From NCBI GenBank assembly GCA_951812285.1, contig OX638292.1, positions 1,464,551 to 1,528,550 of the forward strand: DNA of 64,000 nucleotides, written 5' to 3'. Origin of the DNA: an uncultured Dehalococcoidia bacterium. GTDB lineage: Bacteria > Chloroflexota > Dehalococcoidia > Lucifugimonadales > UBA1127. This document shows positions 47,429 through 57,329 of this stretch, one piece after another. Made by a program: the position numbers and the translations under genes. The notes under the pieces were generated by a model that did no database searches, was not told where the DNA came from, and saw nothing but the letters and a program-made list of their open reading frames with translations. Numbering within the stretch: position 1 is the stretch's first letter; each line of letters begins with the position of its first letter.

Positions 47429-50191
47429 GTGACGCGGCGGAGTGGAGTACGACAGAAACCCCTCCGTCCCATGAGGTGCCCGATGGTAGATATGAAGAGG
47501 CCTACCCCCAGCAGGCGTCCTGTCAGAAGGCCGGAAGCCCCCACTGAGCCGACGCCCCGACCGAGTACCGGACAGTCTTCTATGCCCATATTCATCCTCG
47601 GCGGCGGGAGCATTGTGCTGATTACGCTTGGCGTGGCGCTGTACGTTGCGTGGGAGCCCGTCAGCGCAACCGCTGCGCAGGTCTGGGAGGCGCTCCGCTG
47701 GACCTGGCTGGCGCTCGCCGTGTGGGCGGTCGCATTCCCGGTGGCCCTCGTGCAGCGCCGGGACCTCATCAAACACCACCCTCACCGCTGGTTTGCGGCG
47801 CTGGTAATGGTTCTTGTCGTGGCGGGCTGCCTTCAGCTAGCCGGACAGGGTCTCGGCGGAGCGTTCGGCGGGTGGCTCATCGGCTCCAGCGCTGCGTGGG
47901 GGATCGCGCGCATGGCGGTAGTCTTCTCCGCGGCGCTCGCAATTGCGGCGCCAGCGCCGGCGCTGTGGGTCGGCAGGATTCTGCTCATCGGGCTGGGATT
48001 CTTCTCCGTTTACCTGTGGGATGCCCTGGGATACCTCTTCCGCGGGTTGCAGGCGGCGGGGGTCTGGATCGGCCTGAAGTGCACGGAGGTCTCGCCAAGC
48101 CTGGCCAGGGGCGTCGCCAAGGTGTGGCGCGGGGTGTGCGCGGTGTACAACAAGGTCCCCGTTCACATATACATCATTGCTCTATTTGTCATCCTCAGCA
48201 GCTTCATCCTGCGCCGTCCCGCCCCAGCTCGGCGGCGCGTGGGGCCGATTGCGAGCGCGTACGAGCCGTACCCATATCCGGCGGGGGTCTTCGAGAATGT
48301 GGGTTCCTACGGGGAGACCACGTTCGCGCCGCCGCCACGGCCCGCAGCGGCTTCCGCTCCTGTAGGTGAACTACTGCGCTACGAATCGCCGTCGTTCCTG
48401 CGGCAGGACACTGTACAGGCCTCGCCGCCGCCTCACGCCAACGGCATGCATGCCGAGGACAAGGACGATGAGGGCGACAGCGTTATGTCTGCTGAGGTCG
48501 CGGAAGTCGACGAACTTGAAGACGTTGACGCCGAGATTGACGAGGACGACGAGGAGGATGGTGAGGTGGAATCCCCGCCATTCGACCTGTACGACGACGA
48601 GCTGGACGAGGATGACGATGAGGACGACGACCTTGTTGTTGCGGCTGACCCGGAGGTCATCGACCTGCGCAGCACGTCGGCTCGCACGGGCGGCCGTATT
48701 GCGGCGACGGCCACCAAGTGGGAGCTGCCACCGCTCGACCTCCTGAAGAGCGTGCCGCGCAAGGAGATCTCGGACGATGTCCACCAGGACACCGCCCGGC
48801 TCATCGAGCAGACGCTGCTCGAGTACAACATCGAGGTGCAGGTCAAAGAGATCCGGCCCGGGCCCGTCGTCACGCAGTACGGCGTTGTGCCAGGCTGGGT
48901 GCGCCGGTACAAGGACGTCCGCGAGCGCAACCCCGACGGGACGCCCGCGCGCGGCGCCGACGGCAAGCTGGTGAGCCGGCGCGTCGAGGAGAAGACGCGC
49001 GTCAGAGTCGACCACGTCCTCGCACGGGAGAAGGATCTTGCGCTTGCGCTGGCGGCGCCGAGCCTGCGCTTCGAGGCGCCGGTGCCGGGCGAGTCCTTCA
49101 TGGGCCTCGAGGTACCCAATGCGCAGCGCGACGTGGTGACGCTACGGTCGTCGCTGGAGAGCAGCGCCTTCCAGGCCATCCAGAAGAAGGCCAAGCTGCC
49201 GGTCGCGCTCGGCCTCGGCAGCGGCGGCGAGCCGGTGATCATGGACCTCGCCGACATGCCGCACCTGCTGATCGCGGGATCGACGGGCAGCGGCAAGAGC
49301 GTGTGCATGAACACCATCATCTGCTCGCTCATGATGCAGTGCACGCCCAACGACCTGCAGATGTACTTGGTCGACCCCAAGCGGGTTGAACTCACGGCCT
49401 ACAACGGCCTGCCGCACCTCACCGCGCCGGTGCTGGTCGAGGTGGACCAGGCCGTGCCGGCACTGCACGCACTCATTGCGGAGATGCAGTCGCGGTACAA
49501 GAAGTTCGAGGCACGGGGCGCGCGCAACATCGCGACGTTCAACGGCAAGCTGGCCCGCGGCGAGGAGCGCTTGCCGTACCTGATGCTCGTCATCGACGAA
49601 CTGGCCGACCTGATGATGACGGCCTCGGGCGACGTGGAGCACGCTCTGTGCCGGCTGGCGCAGCTTGGGCGCGCGACGGGCATCCACCTGGTCGTCGCGA
49701 CGCAGCGGCCGTCCGTCGACGTGCTGACGGGGCTTATCAAGGCCAACTTCCCGAGCCGGATGAGCTTTGCCGTCTCCTCACAGGTTGACTCACGGACGGT
49801 TCTCGACAGCGTGGGGGCCGAGAAGCTCCTAGGGCGGGGCGACCTGCTATTCCTGCCGACCAACGCCGTGAAGCCCAAGCGGCTACAAGGCGCATTCATC
49901 TCGGACGAGGAAGTAGACGCGATCGTCGAGTTCTGGCAGAAGCAGGGCAACAAGCCCAAGCCGGCGATCCAGATGGAGATCGCGTCGCCCGACAACGAGG
50001 AAGACACGATGCTGCAGGAGGCGCAGAAGCTGGCCATCAACCACAGCCGGATCTCCGCCTCGCTGCTGCAGCGGAAGCTGGGCATCGGGTACGCGAAGGC
50101 CGCGAGCCTGCTCGATCACCTGGAGGACCGGGGCGTCGTGGGCCCCGGCGACCCGGGGAAATCGCGGGAGGTCATTACTCCCGGCGGGTAG
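47429..50191 (+). CDS. ftsK: DNA translocase FtsK/SpoIIIE
   Basis: N-terminal TM segments, long acidic linker, motor domain (GSTGSGKSV Walker A, LVIDELADLM Walker B) and C-terminal winged-helix gamma domain. Exact start uncertain. Confidence 0.88.
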   Translation: MTRRSGVRQKPLRPMRCPMVDMKRPTPSRRPVRRPEAPTEPTPRPSTGQSSMPIFILGGGSIVLITLGVALYVAWEPVSATAAQVWEALRWTWLALAVWAVAFPVALVQRRDLIKHHPHRWFAALVMVLVVAGCLQLAGQGLGGAFGGWLIGSSAAWGIARMAVVFSAALAIAAPAPALWVGRILLIGLGFFSVYLWDALGYLFRGLQAAGVWIGLKCTEVSPSLARGVAKVWRGVCAVYNKVPVHIYIIALFVILSSFILRRPAPARRRVGPIASAYEPYPYPAGVFENVGSYGETTFAPPPRPAAASAPVGELLRYESPSFLRQDTVQASPPPHANGMHAEDKDDEGDSVMSAEVAEVDELEDVDAEIDEDDEEDGEVESPPFDLYDDELDEDDDEDDDLVVAADPEVIDLRSTSARTGGRIAATATKWELPPLDLLKSVPRKEISDDVHQDTARLIEQTLLEYNIEVQVKEIRPGPVVTQYGVVPGWVRRYKDVRERNPDGTPARGADGKLVSRRVEEKTRVRVDHVLAREKDLALALAAPSLRFEAPVPGESFMGLEVPNAQRDVVTLRSSLESSAFQAIQKKAKLPVALGLGSGGEPVIMDLADMPHLLIAGSTGSGKSVCMNTIICSLMMQCTPNDLQMYLVDPKRVELTAYNGLPHLTAPVLVEVDQAVPALHALIAEMQSRYKKFEARGARNIATFNGKLARGEERLPYLMLVIDELADLMMTASGDVEHALCRLAQLGRATGIHLVVATQRPSVDVLTGLIKANFPSRMSFAVSSQVDSRTVLDSVGAEKLLGRGDLLFLPTNAVKPKRLQGAFISDEEVDAIVEFWQKQGNKPKPAIQMEIASPDNEEDTMLQEAQKLAINHSRISASLLQRKLGIGYAKAASLLDHLEDRGVVGPGDPGKSREVITPGG

Positions 50192-50264
50192 CTGTAAGGT
50201 GTATTATGGTAATCGGGGAGTCTTCGGGCGCAGTGGCGAGGCGCACGTTCCCTGAAGGAGTCTG

Positions 50265-52271
50265 ATGGTACCTCGGCGCATATCCGGTGTAATCGGCACG
50301 CTGCTTGGGCGCAGGAACACTGTCGGCGGCACGGCCGCGCTTGCGCAGGAGGTCTGCCTGTTTTGCGGCACATCCCTCGTTGACGACGTCGTGTACCTCG
50401 AGACGCGTGTTTGCCCCGACTGCCGCTTCCACTACAGCATCACGGCCCGTGAACGCATCCAGTTGGTGGCGGACCGCAAGTCCTTCAAGGAGAAGTTCCG
50501 CGCGGTCATCTCTATCGACCCGCTGCTGTTCAACAGCCGGGACACGTACCGCAGCGACATCTTCAACGCGCAGCTTCGCACGGGCCTCACGGAGGCCGCC
50601 ATCGTCGGCCAGTGCCGCATCGAGGGCATATCCACTGTGCTGCTTGCCCTGGATTTCAGCTTCCTAGGGGGGAGCATGGGACTTGTCGTAGGGGAAAAGG
50701 TGGCGCTGGCGTGCGAGTTGGCCCAGAAGAAGGACCTGCCCCTGGTCGCGCTGGTCACCAGCGGAGGCGCGCGGCTGCAGGAGGGCGCGCTGTCGCTGAT
50801 GCAGATGGCCAAGGCGGCCACGGCCGTCGGGGCGCTGCACCGCAAGGGGTTGCCATACATCGCGGTGTTTGCGAACCCGACGACGGGCCAGGCCTACGCG
50901 AGCTTCGCGAACATGGCCGACGTCCTCCTCGCGGAGCCGGGGGCGCTGATGGGCTTCGCGCCGCTTCGCGTGCTGCAGGAGTCGGCTGGCCAGACGTTGC
51001 CAGAGGACTCGCACACGGCCGAGTCGCACCTGCGGAACGGCATGCTCGACAACATCGTCGACCGGGAAGACATGCGCGGGGCCATCGCGACGATCCTGCG
51101 ACGCCTGGTGCCCGCTCGGACGCGCGTGCGGCTACTGGTGCCGCGCGAGCGCAACCAGCGGCCTGAGGGGCAGCTCGGCGCGTGGGAGGCCGTCCAGCGG
51201 ACGCGGCACCCGCAGCGGCCAACTTCCCGAGACTACATCGATCGCGTGTTCCGCGAGTTCGTTGAGTTCCACGGCGACCGCCTAGCGTCCGACGACCCAT
51301 CGGTCATCTGCGGCGTCGGCGACCTGTACGGCGCGTCCGTTATGGTGGTCGCGCAGCAGCGCACGGTGACGCCGGAGGGCGAGAGCCAGCCCCCGTTCAT
51401 CGGGCCAGAGGGCTTCCGGAAGGCGCAGCGGGCGATGCACATGGCGGAGAAGTTCCGCATCCCTGTCATCACCCTCATCGACTGCGCAGGGCCTGCACTC
51501 ACACTGGAAGCGGAGGAGAAGGGGCTGGGCAACGCTCTAGCCAACACCATCTTCACCATGTCCAACCTGCCCGTGCCTACAATCGCAGTCATTCTCGGCG
51601 AGGGCGGCCGGGAAAGCGCGCTTGCATTCAGCATCGCGGACCGCATTCTGATGCTGGAGGGCGCGATATACACGCCGGCCTCGCCGGAGGCTGCCGCGTC
51701 GATGCTGTACCGCGACGACAGCCGCGCGCCGGATGTGGCCCTGTCGCTGCGGCTCACGGCCAAGGACGTGAAGGATCTCAACATCATCGACGCCGTCGTG
51801 CCGGAGCCCGTGGGCGGAGCGCACGTGGACCCGGAGGCGTCCGCCTACACGCTCGAGCGGGCGCTCGTTCGCGCAATCGCTCGGGTGGAGCGGTACTCCA
51901 CCAAGCGGATGCTTAACGAACGGCACAAGCGCTTCCGCAAGAAGGGCGAGTACGGTGCGTATTACCAGCAGTTTCTGACGAAGGAAGCCCAGCACATCCA
52001 GCGGGTCAAGGGAACTCCAAAACCGACGTCAATGCCCGAGGACGTGCTAGAGACCGAGATCCTCGCCTTCCCCGTGCTCCCGCAGGACTACGACGTCGAC
52101 GACGAGGACGATAACCGCGACGGCGTCACGCCCCTGCTCACCTTCACGTCGGACACCAACGACTTCCCGGTAGACGTCGAGCCGACTGAGCAGCCCGGGG
52201 AGCCGGAACCTGAGCCAATTGGGGAGCTAGAGCCCGAGTTGCAAGGGGAGCCAGAGGAGCCGCTACGCTAG
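50265..52271 (+). CDS. acetyl-CoA carboxylase carboxyltransferase, fused beta-alpha (AccD-AccA) polypeptide
   Basis: 668-aa ORF. N-terminal Zn ribbon C-x2-C...C-x2-C (CLFCGTS..VCPDCRF) of AccD. AccA-like half from about residue 300 (RHPQRPTSRDYI...). Acidic Pro/Glu tail. Confidence 0.82.
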   Translation: MVPRRISGVIGTLLGRRNTVGGTAALAQEVCLFCGTSLVDDVVYLETRVCPDCRFHYSITARERIQLVADRKSFKEKFRAVISIDPLLFNSRDTYRSDIFNAQLRTGLTEAAIVGQCRIEGISTVLLALDFSFLGGSMGLVVGEKVALACELAQKKDLPLVALVTSGGARLQEGALSLMQMAKAATAVGALHRKGLPYIAVFANPTTGQAYASFANMADVLLAEPGALMGFAPLRVLQESAGQTLPEDSHTAESHLRNGMLDNIVDREDMRGAIATILRRLVPARTRVRLLVPRERNQRPEGQLGAWEAVQRTRHPQRPTSRDYIDRVFREFVEFHGDRLASDDPSVICGVGDLYGASVMVVAQQRTVTPEGESQPPFIGPEGFRKAQRAMHMAEKFRIPVITLIDCAGPALTLEAEEKGLGNALANTIFTMSNLPVPTIAVILGEGGRESALAFSIADRILMLEGAIYTPASPEAAASMLYRDDSRAPDVALSLRLTAKDVKDLNIIDAVVPEPVGGAHVDPEASAYTLERALVRAIARVERYSTKRMLNERHKRFRKKGEYGAYYQQFLTKEAQHIQRVKGTPKPTSMPEDVLETEILAFPVLPQDYDVDDEDDNRDGVTPLLTFTSDTNDFPVDVEPTEQPGEPEPEPIGELEPELQGEPEEPLR

Positions 52272-52305
52272 GACTGCCGGGGCACCCCAGTTGTACTCTC
52301 AGACA

Positions 52306-52344
52306 CGCAAAGAATCGCCGGGGCCAATGCCCCGGCGATTCTTG
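52306..52344. terminator. bidirectional terminator hairpin between convergent accDA and SIMPL genes
   Basis: GCAA(A)GAATCGCCGGGGC caat GCCCCGGCGATTCTTGC, 17-bp stem with one bulge. Confidence 0.65.
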
Positions 52345-52382
52345 CATCATGCCAACGACGGACTCGCCAGCTAGCAGTTCAA

Positions 52383-53363
52383 TCAGCTGCTCTCGATGTC
52401 AAACACCGCCTGCACCGTCACCCTGATCTCCTGCTCGCCGGGGCTGATGGGCGTCGACGAGCTAGCATCCGCCGCCACTGAGGCGAAGGCACGCTCGGCG
52501 AAGACTGGTTGTCCGACAACCTCCGACAGGTAGACCATGCGGCCAAGGACAACGCCGGAGTAGGAGGCCAGCTCGCTGGCCTTCGACAGCGCGTCCTCAA
52601 CAGCCATCTCGCGGGCCTGCTTGGCGAGCTCGGTGGTGTCCTCGATGCGGAAGGTGATCCCGTTGACGCGGATGAGGTCGCCGCCGGCGGTCACTGCGCC
52701 GTCAAGGAGCTCGCTCGTGCTGTCCAAGTCGCGTACGAGCACCCGGACGGTGTTCGAGACCTGGTAGCCGGTCAGGACGCGCTCGCTGCGGCGGACGCCC
52801 TCCTCGAAGACCTCCTGCCAGTCGTACTGCGGCTGAATGGAGATGTGCTGCGTGCGGATGTCTGCGTCGGCGACGCCGCTGCCCTTGAGGTAGCCGATCA
52901 TCGCGGTCATGGCCTCGGCTGCGCTCTGCCGCGCCTCAGAGACAGTGTCCGCCGTTGCCGAGACGCCCAGGTTCAGCTCGACCAGATCGGGCGCCGCGGA
53001 GACGCTACCTGCACCGTTCACCCAGATGCCCGTATTCTGCGAGTCTCCGATGACGCCAAACTTGGACGCGTCATCCTTGTCCACCATCGCCGTCTTGTCC
53101 GCCATGGCTGACTTTTCTGCCATTGCAGAGAACATCTCGACGAGCTCCATCACCGTGGAAAGGTCAAACTCCTCCATTCGCATGGAGTCCTTGTCGTCGT
53201 TGTCGTGCTCCGGCTCTACCGGGACCGCGGTCGCTTGCTCAGCGACGGTGTCCGAATCGACGGCGTCCGTGTCCTGCTCGTCGTCCTCGCACGCTATTGC
53301 AGCGAGGAGCAGCGCCAGGATGGCTACAACCAGGAGCGCTCTGGAAATGCGCGCAATGCTCAA
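52383..53363 (-). CDS. SIMPL (DUF541) domain lipoprotein
   Basis: 326-aa ORF. Lipobox LAAIAC, acidic linker, and a SIMPL-like core (GIWVNGAGSVSAAPDLVELNLGV...). Confidence 0.7.
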   Translation of the reverse strand: MSIARISRALLVVAILALLLAAIACEDDEQDTDAVDSDTVAEQATAVPVEPEHDNDDKDSMRMEEFDLSTVMELVEMFSAMAEKSAMADKTAMVDKDDASKFGVIGDSQNTGIWVNGAGSVSAAPDLVELNLGVSATADTVSEARQSAAEAMTAMIGYLKGSGVADADIRTQHISIQPQYDWQEVFEEGVRRSERVLTGYQVSNTVRVLVRDLDSTSELLDGAVTAGGDLIRVNGITFRIEDTTELAKQAREMAVEDALSKASELASYSGVVLGRMVYLSEVVGQPVFAERAFASVAADASSSTPISPGEQEIRVTVQAVFDIESS

Positions 53364-53445
53364 GCTCTACCTCCCAGAATGGTCGGGGTATAAGTGCCCC
53401 TTCAGAAAAAGGGACGCGGTTAGACGCCGAGGGGTTCCGGAGCAG

Positions 53446-54147
53446 CTAGGAAGAGGACGTGCGGCGGCGCAGAATGATGGAGAAGGCCGCCATTGCGGCG
53501 GTCAACGCCAGCAAGCCGAGCTCCAGCGGCCACAGTTCCAGGCGGTACCAAGAATGCACGGGGAGGGTTGCTTCCGGCGCCGTCGGTTCGGCAACGGGAG
53601 CGTCCACGACAGGCGCGTTGCCCGCGTCGGGGGCAGGAACAGGGGGTTCGCCTAGAATCGGGTTCTGCTCAGGGCCGGGCGGGTTACCAGGTCCTACAAG
53701 TGGGTTGGGATCCTGAATACCTACCTGGACGGGAGCTTCCGGCGTGCCGATGATGCCGGAGACGTCGCCGGCGAATACCACCGCGAGCGCGAGGGCTGCG
53801 GCGGCTGCCATCGCTCGGACGCTGGTCATCGGAGATGGCATGGTCAGGGCTCGCAAGCCTGCAATCGGGGCGGGCTGCCACCACGGCCGTGCGGGCTCGG
53901 CTACGAAGACGCGAGCGGGAGCGGGGATCGCGAAGCTGCGAGGCGCGGGAACCGTGGGCATCATGCGGAGGACGCCCACTACGGACCTCATCTCCTCAAT
54001 ATGCTGTGCGCAGTCGGTGCAGGATGCCAGGTGGGACTCCACCCGCTGCATCTCCCTCTCACGCAAAGCACCGTCCAGGAAGGATGAAACCGTTTCCAGT
54101 GAGCAGTGCCGGTCCCCAAAGCCCTCGCCAAAGAGCCGCATGGACAA
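53446..54147 (-). CDS. anti-sigma factor (zf-HC2 type) with C-terminal TM segment
   Basis: H-x3-C-x2-C (HLASCTDCAQH) near the N-terminus. Pro-rich linker and a TM helix near the C-terminus. Directly downstream of the ECF sigma gene. Confidence 0.7.
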   Translation of the reverse strand: MSMRLFGEGFGDRHCSLETVSSFLDGALREREMQRVESHLASCTDCAQHIEEMRSVVGVLRMMPTVPAPRSFAIPAPARVFVAEPARPWWQPAPIAGLRALTMPSPMTSVRAMAAAAALALAVVFAGDVSGIIGTPEAPVQVGIQDPNPLVGPGNPPGPEQNPILGEPPVPAPDAGNAPVVDAPVAEPTAPEATLPVHSWYRLELWPLELGLLALTAAMAAFSIILRRRTSSS

Positions 54148-54153
54148 CCTCCA

Positions 54154-54732
54154 CTAACCAGAACGAATCTGGGCGGGCAAAAGTTCCCGCTGGGTGGAGA
54201 GCGCGGCACGCATTGCTTCCCTGGCGCGGCTAAGCCTGGACTTCACCGTGCCGACGGGCGTCTTCAACGCGCGCGCCGCTTCCTCGTAGCTGAGCGCCTG
54301 TATATCTACAAGGATCAGTACCATGCGCTGGTCCGTCGGAAGCGTCGAGAGCGACTGCTGGATGAAACTCGAAAGCTCCCTGCGAACTGCGTATTCTTCG
54401 GGCGTCTCCTGCTCGCTGGTGAAGCTGAACGATGAGCTTTCAACCAGCGCGTCAAGCGAGGTATTGCGCCGCACCTGCGCGGACCGCAAATGGTCACGGC
54501 AGGCGTTGGTGGCGATGCGGAAGAGCCAGGCGCGGAAGTTGCCGGCCGAGAAGGTGTGGAGCGCGCGGAAGGCCGAAACGAAAGTTTCCTGCGTTATGTC
54601 TTCCGCCACCGCGGCATCGCCGACCATACGCAGGGAAACGTTATATATCGAGGTCTGGTAGTGCTCCACCAGACGGTTGAAAGCCCCTGCATCACCTGAT
54701 TTGCTGGCTTGCAGAAGCGCCTGTTCGTCCAT
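54154..54732 (-). CDS. ECF-family RNA polymerase sigma-70 factor
   Basis: 192-aa ORF. Region 2 (FRAWLFRIATNACRDHLR) and region 4 HTH (LSYEEAARALKTPVGTVKSRLSRAR). Confidence 0.88.
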   Translation of the reverse strand: MDEQALLQASKSGDAGAFNRLVEHYQTSIYNVSLRMVGDAAVAEDITQETFVSAFRALHTFSAGNFRAWLFRIATNACRDHLRSAQVRRNTSLDALVESSSFSFTSEQETPEEYAVRRELSSFIQQSLSTLPTDQRMVLILVDIQALSYEEAARALKTPVGTVKSRLSRAREAMRAALSTQRELLPAQIRSG

Positions 54733-54966
54733 CGGCGTTCCCTATACTCCTACTTCTGCGAGTATAGCATACCCGTATGCCACCATCATACTGCGGAGAT
54801 ACGGTGTTGCGCACCCCTCGACCGAGGGCGGCAGCAGGGTTGGAGGAGTGTTCACTCTGGGCGCTGGCGCCCGCGCGAGGCCCCAAGGCGCCCTGGACAA
54901 CAATTTCGGGGCCAGCAACGTTACACTATAGGGCGCAACCCCAAGCACACCCGTGGGCGGGAGAAC

Positions 54967-55554
54967 GTGAAGACCTTTCTGTTCGAGGCGCTGGAGACGC
55001 TGCTGCTGGGACTGGGCGCATTCCTGATCCTGCAGGCGTCCGTGCAAAACTTTCGCGTGCAGGGCGAGAGCATGGACCCGACGCTCGCGAATCAGCAGCA
55101 CCTGCTGGTGAGCAAGCTGGCCTACGCGGTCGTGCCCTTCCAGACGGCTTTTGCCGCCACCGTCGGCGCTCCGGACGGCGAGGCATTCGTCTTCAACCCG
55201 CCCCAGCGCGGCGACATTGTCGTCTTTCATATCGCCGACCGGGAGGGGGCGGACCTCGTCAAGCGCGTCGTCGGGCTGCCCGGCGAGACGGTGGAGATGC
55301 GCGACGGCAGGGTGTACGTCGACGGCGAGCTGCTGAAGGAGCGCTATCTCGACGCGTTCGACGACTCGAACGAGCCGCCCACGCTGGTGCCGGAGGGGCA
55401 ATACTACGTGCTGGGCGACAACCGGGCCGTGAGTTACGACTCGCGAAGCATGGGTCCGATCCCGCAGGAGCACATCATCGGCAAAGCGTGGGTCTCGTAC
55501 TGGCCGCTTGACCGCCTGGACGTCCTCGACTCGGACGCGCCGCCGCTCCAGTAG
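54967..55554 (+). CDS. lepB: signal peptidase I
   Basis: GTG 54967. GESMDPTL (catalytic Ser box), GDIVVF, VKRVVGLPGE (Lys box), GDNRAVSYDSR. Confidence 0.88.
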   Translation: MKTFLFEALETLLLGLGAFLILQASVQNFRVQGESMDPTLANQQHLLVSKLAYAVVPFQTAFAATVGAPDGEAFVFNPPQRGDIVVFHIADREGADLVKRVVGLPGETVEMRDGRVYVDGELLKERYLDAFDDSNEPPTLVPEGQYYVLGDNRAVSYDSRSMGPIPQEHIIGKAWVSYWPLDRLDVLDSDAPPLQ

Positions 55555-55690
55555 CCGGGTCCAAGGTAATTGGAAACACTGCTTGGCTACAAATAAATAT
55601 GTATAACAATTGTAATGCATTTGATTGTCAATAACTAAACGTAGGGCATGGCTGCGCCAGTGTGTAGCTACTCTGCTACAATACAGATAC

Positions 55691-55766
55691 GGGCCGTTAG
55701 CTCAGTCGGCAGAGCACCGGACTTTTAATCCGGGTGTCCAGGGTTCGAGCCCCTGACGGCCCACCA
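55691..55766 (+). tRNA. tRNA-Lys (anticodon UUU), CCA encoded
   Basis: Cloverleaf folded by hand: acceptor GGGCCGT/ACGGCCC, D arm GCTC/GAGC, anticodon arm CCGGA-CTTTTAA-TCCGG, T arm CAGGG-TTCGAGC-CCCTG. Confidence 0.93.
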
Positions 55767-55906
55767 TTTCCCGGCTTCCTGTAAAGGCACAATGCCTGTC
55801 CGGCTTATGGGCCAAAATCCAGCAGAAACAACACAGCAGTACGCGCTCGCCACGGAGACTGGGCCCAATGCGCCGTCCGTCCCTCGGGAGCAGGTGCGGT
55901 TGTCGT

Positions 55907-57166
55907 TCAGGATGCAGGGCCGCCGATGGGTTCGCTTTCGTAGAGTGCATAGCCTGCATCGCGCAGGCGCTCTTGTATCTCGACCGAGTGATCCTGGTTC
56001 CTGGTCTCCAGGGTAAGCTGGATCTCCACGTGGCCTAGGTGCACGGACGCGGCATGCCTGAGATGGCCGATGTCGAGCACATTCACGTTGGCGCTGGACA
56101 CAATGTTCAGCAGGCGATTCAGCTGGCCGGGCCTGTCTTCGACCGTTACGCGTATAACCAGGTAACGGCCTGCGTGGGCGAGGCCGTGCTCCAATACTCG
56201 TGCAATCAGGTGCGTGTCGACGTTGCCGCCACTGAGCACGGTCGCCACCCTCTTGCCAGCTACGGGGATCTTGCCCCCGAGCACAGCGGCTAGCCCGACG
56301 GCGCCCGCACCTTCGACCAGAAGCTTGCCTCGTTCCAGGAGCAGCAGCATGGCCTGGGTGATCTCCTCCTCCTGGACCAGCACCATGTCGTCCACATAGC
56401 GCGAAACCAGGGGCAGTGTGATCTCGCCCGGCGTCCCAACCGAGATTCCATCGGCCACAGTGGCCTGACCCCTGACTATGACACGGCGGTTGGCCTTGTA
56501 GGAGTCGACAACGGCGCTGGCTGCCTCTGCCTGGACTCCCACCACCTTGATGCCCGGATTGGTTTCCTTGATGGCCAACGCGATTCCGGATATCAGGCCA
56601 CCGCCTCCGACTGGCACGACTACCAAGTCAAGATCGTCCGCCTGCTCCAGCATCTCGAGGCCAATGGTGCCCTGCCCTGCAACGATTGCGGGATCGTCGA
56701 AGGCGTGGATCAGGGTCAGGTCGTTTTCATGTACGAGGAGCCGGGCGTGGGCTGTGGCTTCGTCAAAGTCATCGCCATGGAGGATGACCGTCGCGCCGTA
56801 GCCACGGGTGGCCTCCACCTTCGGGATTGATGCGCCTTTGGGCATGACGATTGTGCAGGGAATTCCAAGGTTGGCGGCGGCGAGGGCGACCCCTTGTGCG
56901 TGATTTCCAGCGCTGGCGGCAATCACGCCCTTCGCCTTCTGCTCAACGCTAAGGGAGGCGATCTTGCTTGCGGCTCCTCGAACCTTGAATGAGCCTGCCC
57001 TTTGGAGGTTCTCGGCTTTCAAGAGAAGGTCGCAGTTCGCCAGCTCGCCAAGGGACCGCGCGGGCAGCATGGGCGTCCTGATGGCCAAGTGGCTAATGAC
57101 GTCGCGGGCTTGCCGGATATCCTCCACCGTGACAGTGGGCGTCATAGTTGACCTCGTATACCGCAA
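55907..57166 (-). CDS. ilvA: threonine ammonia-lyase (threonine dehydratase) with one C-terminal ACT-like domain
   Basis: 419-aa ORF. PLP lysine region (SFKVRGA), GGGGLISG glycine loop, regulatory domain at the C-terminus. Confidence 0.88.
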   Translation of the reverse strand: MRYTRSTMTPTVTVEDIRQARDVISHLAIRTPMLPARSLGELANCDLLLKAENLQRAGSFKVRGAASKIASLSVEQKAKGVIAASAGNHAQGVALAAANLGIPCTIVMPKGASIPKVEATRGYGATVILHGDDFDEATAHARLLVHENDLTLIHAFDDPAIVAGQGTIGLEMLEQADDLDLVVVPVGGGGLISGIALAIKETNPGIKVVGVQAEAASAVVDSYKANRRVIVRGQATVADGISVGTPGEITLPLVSRYVDDMVLVQEEEITQAMLLLLERGKLLVEGAGAVGLAAVLGGKIPVAGKRVATVLSGGNVDTHLIARVLEHGLAHAGRYLVIRVTVEDRPGQLNRLLNIVSSANVNVLDIGHLRHAASVHLGHVEIQLTLETRNQDHSVEIQERLRDAGYALYESEPIGGPAS

Positions 57167-57329
57167 GGGCTTCGGAGTATTGAGTCCCTCTAATTCGAGT
57201 ATATCTCAGGCCTTTCCCAGATGCAGGAGCCCGATTCTTTATGCCTCACGGAACACTGGGAGAGTGGTAGGGGAAAAGACAGTTAGCCCCGGCGTTTGCA
57301 GGAATCGCAGACGATTCTATCCCTAGCTG

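Noticed and set aside
52383-54732. ECF sigma / zf-HC2 anti-sigma / SIMPL lipoprotein as a novel signalling system.
   Set aside because: It is a standard ECF sigma-anti-sigma pair with a co-oriented envelope protein. Nothing in the sequence departs from the common pattern.
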